DNA of 64,000 bases from Kudoa neothunni (Eukaryota; Animalia; Cnidaria): assembly GCA_964304625.1 (NCBI GenBank), contig OZ199839.1:10837186-10901185 (forward strand), written 5' to 3'. Below the pieces are notes generated by a model, which was not told the DNA's origin, did no database searches, and was given only the letters and a program-made list of their open reading frames with translations. Position numbers and translations under genes: made by a program. The first letter of the stretch is position 1, and each line of letters opens with the position of its first letter. This document shows, in pieces, positions 54,559-64,000 of the stretch.

Positions 54559-56130
54559 TCAATCAGTTTGTGCAGTCTGGCCTGTGGCATCTTCATTGTT
54601 TTCACCTGTTTCAGTCTGCTCCTCAGCTCCTTCTGAAGATGTTTCAGTTGAGGTAGTGGTTACACTAGAGGAAGTATCAGTTGAGGAGACATCGGTGCTA
54701 GTTTCATTATCAGCTGTAGTAATTGGATCGATAGAGTCGTCCACCGGTGGATCTCTCACACTATCAATAATATTATTTTGAGAACAAATTTGACCAGATA
54801 CGATGGAGGTTTTGAGATTTCAGCACTCTTACCAGAGCATACACCCATGCATTTATCCCTGGTTATGAATCTATTGTCATTTCCTCCAATCCCTCTGTAT
54901 ATGAACGGCATACACGTGTTTGTATGACGATCAAAGTAATATCTGGCTAAAAATAAGTGCCCAACACCTTCACTTCTGCCGAGCCTGCAAATGTCATCAG
55001 CTTTTTTGTACTTAATACCATCTGTCCTCATCTGAAGGCAAACCTAACAACCACCTTTTAATGACGAGTATATGTTATGGAAAATTACCTGTGTGAGTAG
55101 GGCATGAAGCAACACAATCGTCCAATGTTTCAAATGTATTAGCATTGTCTGGATGCTTACAATCTTCTGTTTCATAAACCTCACAGACCTTGGATGATTT
55201 TTTGTAAAAATATCTTTGGACAATCTTCCTGTCACATTTCATTTGGGAAATCCCTGAGTTACATTTAGGGTTGATGTCGGCAGGAGCACCTTAATCATTA
55301 CAACTATTTTTTTAATGCTACTACTTCAATAAATTACTTAGACAAATGCTGGTGCATTGTTGCACTGAATCGAAAACTCCCATTGTTTCGCCCTCATTTA
55401 CCACAGCATGTACACATTTATGGGCTGTCATATCAGCAACAATCCCGATTACTTTGTGTGAGTCAATTGCTAGTTCCGGGTGGATACCACAATGGAAGCG
55501 ATTTTTAACACCGTCAACAACGGCTATTTTTAAATTTGCTGAAATAGAAATAATTTAGAAAAATACCAGCTTTTGCTTGTTGGCATTGTGACATAGAATC
55601 AAAAAAATTCTGTCCTCCTCCACATCCTTTGTACTCAAAGGTTAGACAAGAATAAGAGATGCTATTATTATCGTTAGTTTTTTTGAGGTAGTATTTGTTT
55701 ACGACGACTCCTGTACATGGTGATGTAGGAGTATTACCAGAAGCTGGACTTGTACTTGCAGCCTCGCTAACTTTTTTGACAGCCTTATACACATCATCTT
55801 TTGATTTTTTCTCTTAATGATATATTATCATAATGAGCTCATAAACAATTTTACTATGATTTTCGCACTCTTCCAATGATTTGAAATTGTTGAAATCCAT
55901 GCCTTTTCCCTTGTATTCAAATTCTGTACATTCTCCAGCTACGAGCTTTATCTTGTACCTTTTCACTTTATACCCATCACTTAATTCTGTATTTTGTCCA
56001 GTTGGCTCATTATATGAGGTCAAATCTTCCTCTAAAGCCGAACGATTGGTTAACTGACTTTATTGAAGGATCTACCAGACAAGACCAAAGTAAAGAATGC
56101 TGCAAATAAGTAAACGCCAACAAGCTTCAT
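54559..56130 (-). CDS. Five-Kunitz-domain gene (Kunitz D) with a 1-bp frameshift before domain 5 (truncated allele, pseudogene or assembly error)
   Basis: Signal peptide MKLVGVYLFAAFFTLVLS. Paralog of Kunitz C. An extra base at ~55024 gives GLPSDEDRWY* instead of GLPSDEEDGIKY. Confidence 0.85.
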
Positions 56131-56584
56131 TAGAGAGATTTAATGATATTCAATAACTATTCTTAGACAATGAGTGTATTGATGTCTATTTAATCGGATT
56201 TATATTTATAGATGAAAAAGAGAATCTGAATAGACCTCAAAAGTGAAATATCAAGCGGAATATCAAATCATTAACGATTAAGAAAAGAAATTTTTTAAAC
56301 TTAAGAAATTATAAACTATTTAATTAAGCGATTAAATCCATCATTCTAGACTCCACTGAATACGTTAGATACCATTAACTCATTAACACTCATACTGAGT
56401 TTGTGGTAAAAGGTGACCCCAGAGAAAAGTTCACTTTTTAAAAACTATATTGATCAGCATTAAAAATTAAAAATTTATCGTTCTAAATTCACCTCTATAT
56501 ATGTCATTTTATATTTTAAAATATGGTTATTATATTTGAACCTATTCCGTTTTTATTCATGTATTAACTTAAATTCACCTTTAA

Positions 56585-58920
56585 CCCTCTAACGAACTTG
56601 AGGTCTTTTGGATCCCAAACCGGTATTAAACGAGGTATAGAATTTTATGTAGTAGTTCGCAAAACTTTTTATCCTGGCTATTCTCATAAATTTATAATAC
56701 TTAAAACTTACCAAACTTTGGACAAAAAATAAAAATAATATAGCTCAGAAAAATAAAATTATCCTTTAACGAACTTGGGGTCTATAAGACCCCAATTTTT
56801 GTTGTTTGGTTATTATTAAAAAAATATAAAATGCTTAAAAACTGTTGAACTACATTTCTTACATCATTTTATAACAATAAATTATATTTCGAAAGTGTTT
56901 ATTATTTTCTTAATATCGATGAAGTTTTGGGAAATACATTTTTAATACACATGAACCCTACATTACTGGCAGGTTTGAAACTAAATGATATTTTTATATT
57001 GAGATGATGTTCTTATTTAACTTTTACTTCCTTCAGCATTGATGATTTTTAACCAAAAAAACGATATCACCCCATATGGTTACTTCGATGGGCGAGTGAG
57101 TTATATTTTTTGAAGCGTGATGAGTAGTTCGGAGGAATACATCGATGAGATCGAATCGTCTGTTAGTGAATTAGATGATTTTTTGTGTGAGGTATCCGAC
57201 AATACGAAAGGAATGTCAGATTACGAATGTCCTACAGATGCTACGATAGACAAAAATGGAACGGCGTGGACTTTGAAAAGCCCCCTTCGTCGAAAGTTTG
57301 TCTTGAAAATACACTTTCTTCCCGATCTGATCCAACGGCATATTCAGTTCAAAGAATCAAATACATTGAAGATTATTTCACAATATTTTTTACAAATAAT
57401 ATTTGTGGTGAAATAATAAAATAAACAAATGAATTTGGAAGAGGTCGCTTCAGAGATTCTTGGACTGATCTAGATGATATTGAGTTAAAGGCATATTTGG
57501 GAACACTTGCTTTGATGGCTGCTCATAAAGATCGAGAGGAGCCTTTAGTCGAGCTGTTTAATCTTTACGAAGGAAATGAATTATATCGTCAAATTTTTTC
57601 TTATAACCGCTTCAGATAAATAACGAGATCTCTGCAATTTGATGATGCAAATATTAGGGTTCAAAGAAAGGCGACTGATAAATTCTATGCCATCCGTATT
57701 GTATGGAATATGTGGGTTGACATTTTGCCGTTGTGTTTCTCTCCTAATGAGGATATAACTGTAGATGGGCAGTTAGTGCCATTTAGGCAATATATTCCAT
57801 TAAAACCAGCCAAATAGGGTTTAAAATTCTTTCTGCTGGCGGACCCAAAGGATAAATATGTTCTTAACGTCTCTCCATATCTTGGAAAAAACGGAAGTGA
57901 AGCTAGTCGAACCTTAAACGTGGGTGAAATCATTGTACTTTTTCTGACAACCCTATTTCACTATTCTGAAAGAACAGTTGTTGCAGATAATTTTTTCACT
58001 TCTGGGGTTAACAACAAAATTACTGGCGAAACAGTTAACATATTTGGGAAACATTCGTCACAACAAACGAGATCTGCCATCTTGTGTTCTTTCAAACAGA
58101 TGCAAAGAATTGTACAACACCACGTTTGCGTTCTTCAAAAAAATATATTGACATCATACGTAAACAAAAAAAGTAAGGCTGTTATTATATTATCAACTGG
58201 CACCAACAATACAGATACAGACAAGGAAATGGGCAAAAATAAGCCAGTAACTATCTTACACTACAACAGAACAAAGGGTGGTGTAGATACCATTGATAGA
58301 ATGTTGTCGTCTGTTTCAGTTAGAAGATTTACTCGACGATGGCATTTGATTGTATTTTTTAATATGGTCGACTTATCTTTAACCAATGCTTTTGTGCTAT
58401 TTAAATATATTTTTTGTTGAACAAAAAAAATGCGACGTCAATTTATGAAAGAGATGGCCCAAGTCCTTTTACCGACCATTCCTTGCTAAAAATACACTTG
58501 ACAAGAAAATTATCAAAAGGAGTCATTCAGCTCTCTCCGCTAAACCAGTCTTTGCAGATTCTAATTTGAAAGAATCGATGCGAATTTCGTCCTCGAGAGA
58601 CTGATGAAAAAAACTAACATCCACTGTGGTAGCTGTGGTAGCTTTTTCTGTAGAGATCATTCATCAAAAAAAAGTAAGTTTTGTTGAAACTAATACTAGT
58701 TTTATATAACAATATAATTTGTATTGTTTTTATTATTTTGCGTTATTAGACTTGTTTCATGTTACTGCCCGAATGTTTACGAAACGCTGTTTAAGGCAAC
58801 CGAGTCAGATTAGATGATTAATGGTTTTATGAAATGTAGTTTCTCTGAAAATTCATTCGATAAAAATTCTTTATAGTTTTATTATCGCTTAATAATATTT
58901 TTTTTTGATATGATTATGCA
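56585..58920 (+). mobile_element. piggyBac relic lacking its right terminus, related to 25652-27697
   Basis: TTAA|CCCTCTAACG with an internal repeat at ~56762. Motifs 'VVADNFFTS' and 'YNRTKGGVDTIDRMLSSVSVRRFTRRW'. Confidence 0.9.
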
Positions 58921-58928
58921 ATAAAAAC

Positions 58929-60481
58929 GGTAATGAGGGAGTATACGCCTCACCAAATTTAACCTTTTCCGCATGCTCGGCGGTCCCGATTTTATTCCAA
59001 CCTTGTTTTACATTATTTTTAAATATTGAGTGAACAGAAGGAAATCAAAAATCATTATCTTAAAAAACATGACAACATCTGCCCTTCGGGTTAAATCGGG
59101 ACGCACACGCTTGTGCGCATTTGGGTTTTCCGTTGCTTTCGACTCTATATGATCATTTAAACAATTTTTATACAATTGGTTTCTTTAAATTGGACAATAA
59201 TGACCATATTCTTAATTAGCGAATACAATTAAAATTGACCCTATTGATTATTTTAATTTTTTTGATTTACCGGTGTTTCAGAGCCAGTAGGTTACTTTGG
59301 GCGTTATATTTAATATCAATAATAGATACTATAATATATTATGTATGGAACTCCTAGCCCCGTTCATAAATTTCATCAAACCCTATAATTTAACCGATAG
59401 AATAGAACATTTTGAGAGGTATGATGTTTTCATAATCTTATTAAGCAGATTTGCAGAAAATATTCTTTCAGGGTTAAAGTTTATTAATAAGTATCAAAGT
59501 TAAAGGAGTGTATTTTTAAAAATAACAGTTCATATGGTATAAATGTTTAAACGTGAATAATTTTGTTGAGCATGGAAAAATTAATTAAATCACGAAGCGG
59601 AAATTAGCATTTACAATAATATATATTGACATGAAATTTCAGTTGTATAAATGATTCCAAAGTTAATATTGCCACATCGTATTAAATCTATGCAACAACT
59701 GTATTATGAACCATTTTGATTGTTTTTAATATTTATTCATTTTTTCCATCTGATAACATTAATTTATTGTTTAACATATTTGGAATTTATGAATTAAAAA
59801 TAATACAACATATCTTCTCCCAAAATTTCATTTTACTTAATAACATTAAAGTGATTTGAGTAATAATGTATTTTGTAGACATAATTATAACATCGATATC
59901 TAGAGGTGTCTTTTAACTCTTAAATTAAAAAAATTTAATTATTAGATATTAATAATTTAGAAAAAAAAATTTCTAAGATAAAATTCCAACAAAAATAGCA
60001 ATAAAAGAAACATATAATCACATGCTATTGTATTTTCATGATCATTTCGTCACCGACCATTATCAAGACATCAGAAAAATATATAAACTAAAGCTAATTT
60101 ATTGAAATTTCACAGTAACTTTTTAATTTTAGGAATTGAAATCTATCATATACAAATTGCGTTTTCTTCCTATAACCTTTTGAGTATATACAGCATAACA
60201 ATAATAGGCTGTTTTACATTGAATAAAAAATAATAAAAAGAAACTAGTTGTATAAAAGTTGTTTAAATGATCAAATAGAATTGAAAACAACCGAAACCCA
60301 AACGCGCGCGCCGATTTGCGTCGAAGGACAGATGTTGTCATGTTTTTTAAGATAATGATTTTTGATTTCCTTCTGTTCACTCAATATTTAAAAATAATGT
60401 AAAACAAGGTTGGAATAAAATCGGGACCGTCGAGCATGCGGGAAAGGTTAAATTTGGTGAGGCGTATACTCCCTCATTACC
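58929..60481. mobile_element. Foldback-like non-autonomous element with ~250-bp terminal inverted repeats
   Basis: 58929-59185 is the reverse complement of 60238-60481. The outer ~160 bp has about 3 mismatches. Termini GGTAATGAGGG (Merlin- or Mutator-like); no TSD. Confidence 0.85.
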
Positions 60482-60961
60482 GGAAAAAATGAAGAATGTT
60501 TTCTCAGAAATAAGCTGAAGATTTTACTTTTGAGACTAAGATGCTTTGAATGATTTCTACTCAATGATTGACCAAATGTCTAAAAATATAAAATCCATGG
60601 AGAAAAGTATTTTATAACAGATTATTTCAGAATATAAATGTCAAGTGGTTTGTTTCAAAGATAATTGAGTTTTATCTTTCATGCGCATGTGATTAAATGA
60701 ATATTTCGCAACAACTCTGTTGACTGTATTTCTTTATTTATATGAAACATTAAATTTTTTTAATCGAATTGTATGTAAAATATTTCATGGCAACAATAAA
60801 CTAATTATTTTTATTTTAATGCATTTTTGATTTTTTACATGTTTTGTGCAACCTATAATATTTTGCCTTCATTAACACATGAATAGGCTTATACTTACAT
60901 GAATAGTTATTGTTTATTCAGAATGTGTAATACAGTCTAATTTACTTCCTATTTTACAAAT

Positions 60962-63903
60962 ATGGATAATCATTTGGCATTTTTTGTTGTAATTATTGGC
61001 CTATTATGTAATGAGTTATATGAGATCACATGTTAAATTTATGTTCATAGTTATTGATAAATATTGTGCCGAAACAACCCCCAAAACTCCTGAAAAAGCC
61101 GAAAAAGCCCTTTCATATCTTATTGCAGACAACGATAAAGTTCAACTGATTTTTTCTGGCTCAGTGTATACAACTGGCTCTAAAAAATGCCTTATAAAAA
61201 AAGAAAACGATCCTATTAACGGATTTATTGACATTACTCTTTGCAGTGGAAGTGGTATGACCTCTGCAGAAGGAAAATGTGTCCTTACATGTACTGAAGA
61301 AAACAACAAATTGGCATTCAATGTTTTATCGCCTAGAGCCAAATATATTTATGTGTACTCAGGAGATAATGACAGCGACGTAAAACAAAATGCAAACGGC
61401 GGAGAGGTTTTTGGGTTTTCGATTCGTATTTTAAATGAAATCTTTTTTTATAATAAATTAAATATAGCACTTTTGGTAAACCCAATTATCACAATTACCA
61501 CAGATGCTCAGAAACTAAAGCTTGAAGCTAAAACATGTGCAAAAGTGGATTGTCCCATATATTACAAAGATGTAAAATATGCAGCTGGTACTGGAACAGG
61601 AAACTGTGAAACTGCTAATACAGCAAATTCAGTTGATTTTGACATTATGATACCTCATTATGAGATGAAATGCATTAATTATCCCAGTTTCTTTTACGAA
61701 ATGCCAAATCCATACATGAAAAAGAATATTGACATCTATAAACCACAATATTATGTGGCATATAAAACCGACGATAACAAAAAATATCTCTTAAAATTTA
61801 CCAATCCATTCCCAGCTGAGATATGTTTGTTCAATATTAAAGATGGGGCGACTGCTGCTTCCGGAGATACGACGAGATATGCATCAGCGTGTGGAAATGT
61901 AGCCCCAAAGGAATGTTATGCACCTTGTGATAATGTCGAACTTACACTCTCTCAAACTAAACCAATTGTTAAAATATTAATTCAAACTAGGCATCATAAA
62001 CTAGAAGAAACCAGTGGTAGCTTCGAGGGTTACGAAGAGAAAAAATTTGGTATTATATTAAAATAAATTTATCAATCACAATTTATAGCTATCGTTGAGG
62101 CTGCTGGTGCAAGTACACTCTTTTCTTCACCCACAACAGTGGGCATAACTTTTAGTCCTTCTCCTTATGATCCCAGTAATAATGGTGCAGTAAAATTCAA
62201 CATTTGTGATTTGAAACACTTTCATGCTGACAAACCAAGGCCAACTTCCGGAGGAGGAATTGTAACCCAATGCACGAATGAAAAATGTGGTACAACATGT
62301 GCGACAAGTTCAGTTATAAAGGGACTAACTGCAGGAAAAGCATACATTATTGAGATTACACCAGCAAATTTAGACAGTTACACCGATTTTAAAGAATACT
62401 TGTTTTTTAGAACACGTAACTAATCGTATTTTTTTATAATTAAATAATAAATATGAATAGTTGCATCATTAAACTTGGCTGTCACATCTCCTACACCAAC
62501 CGACGTGAGTGTTGCAGTCAAAGCGATTGATGGTGACGTAGGCAAGACAGTTAACGAACCAACTTGCTCATATTACATAAGTGAAACTGGTAAGGAATCA
62601 TTTGTAGAAGCCGTCTGCGAGGATAGTGTTCCATGTAGAGGATTTTGTAGAGAAACAAAGAACCTGATCAATTTAAATCCTAAAACAAGTTACGATATTA
62701 AGGTCGTTTCAAACAAAGATTATGGTATTAAAAAATATGAAAGTGTTACCACTAGTATATCTTGATAATCGAAATTAAATTTAACTCACTTATTAGCATT
62801 TTCAACTCTTACACTTTCACGTACGTTCTTGGACAAGGGTTTTAAAGTGGTTGGTACCTTAACATCACCATATCCAAAAGCAGTATGTCATTATAAAATT
62901 AATGTTAAAAACGATCAAACTTCAAAAGAGGTTTATTCATGTCCAGCAGTTGTTTCACCCACTCCAAATGTTAGTCCGCCAAATTCCAACAATGGACAAT
63001 CATCTAGTTCATCTCAACAACAGAAACTACAGGCATCTCATTTATTCGGTGATAATAAATTAGCTGAGATATATGTTGCGAGAGCGGCTACTACTGAGAA
63101 TAATGTTGGAAGTTCGTCTACAACCACTCAAAATACAAATGTTCCGCCAAAGATCCCATCATGCACCGAACCACCGCTTTGCACTAAGATATTATTTAGT
63201 GAGGGGTACGAAGCGGATAAAGAATACGAGGTTTTGGTGACAGCTGCAGAAAGATCAACCGAAGTTCTTATAAATATTCCTAAAAGTATTTTAAAAATAT
63301 AATTTTATCTACTTTTTTTAATATTAATAATTACTATAGATATGCCTCCAGAACAGCCTAGTGAGGCAGAAAGAGAAATAGCTGTTATCATTATAAGGGA
63401 GGGAGATACACTAAAAATCTCTTCATTGCTACCCAAGGGTAGGGATGATAACGCAAAATGCAAATGGATATTAAGAAACACGAGCGAGACATCACAGTTA
63501 ATCGTGAAAAAATGCGAGACAGAACGTACTAATGGTTGCGTTCTTCCGACGTGCAAGTCCTTCACAATTGAAAACATACGTGACGAAAATGATTATCATT
63601 TAACCGTCATTTTGGCTAATGATTCTAAAGTCTTTGGTATCGGGAAAATTAAACGAGGTATTTAAAATCGAAGGAATAGTAATATAATTGATTATTTAGG
63701 AGAAACTTCAAATCAATCAAGGTAAATGAATTAGTAATAACAAACTATAATATATATTTAGGGCGAGTTCGACCATGTATTAGACTTGTATTTGATGTTG
63801 TAAAGTTAAATCATACTTTAGGATCATTTCTATTGTCATTCCAGTTGTTATCATTGTGGTAGGAGTTGGATTTTATTTTGGTTACTGGAAGAATAAAGGA
63901 TAA
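60962..63903 (+). CDS. Type I membrane protein with ~7 Cys-rich fibronectin-III-like domains, copy B (10 exons)
   Basis: Same exon-intron structure as 36763-39696. Signal peptide MDNHLAFFVVIIGLLFIDKYCA; identical TM helix and KNKG tail. Confidence 0.85.
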
Positions 63904-64000
63904 GCATAGACAGCTCAAATATTCATTCAGAAATTAATTTATTACTCTCCTTTATTTTTAATTATTTCACATATTTTATATTTTAAAATAATATTTTTCG

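Noticed and set aside
1-64000. Non-canonical splice sites or alternative genetic code
   Set aside because: All reconstructed genes splice in frame with GT-AG introns under the standard code. In-frame stops occur only in decayed transposons.
1-64000. CRISPR array, prophage or prokaryotic defence operon
   Set aside because: Intron-rich eukaryotic DNA with no regularly spaced repeats or operon-like ORFs.

Overview
AT-rich eukaryotic (animal-like) genomic DNA with dense, mostly ~40-70 nt canonical GT-AG introns. The ORF track therefore shows exon fragments, and the genes below were spliced by hand. The window has one clear housekeeping gene (METTL3, 18 exons, minus strand) and one unknown Ser/Thr/Pro/Lys-rich gene. 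It also has two multigene families of extracellular proteins. The first is four secreted five-Kunitz-domain genes with paired disulfide losses. The second is two paralogous ~850-aa type I membrane proteins made of ~7 repeats of a 4-Cys fibronectin-III-like module. These genes sit among decayed DNA transposons (six piggyBac relics, two Mutator/MULE, Merlin, Tigger/pogo, Tc1, hAT MITEs, Helitron ends) and one tRNA-derived SINE. The strongest signal is the divergence pattern within the two families. The FN3-like pair has hypervariable, mostly non-synonymous loop patches between conserved framework strands and near-identical introns, plus a near-identical membrane-proximal end. Two Kunitz paralogs share a ~1.1 kb, ~99.6% identical tract with divergent ends. 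This suggests (inference) a host-interaction / variant-surface-antigen locus shaped by diversifying selection and gene conversion in a compact-genome parasite (myxozoan- or orthonectid-like). The organism cannot be determined from the sequence alone.
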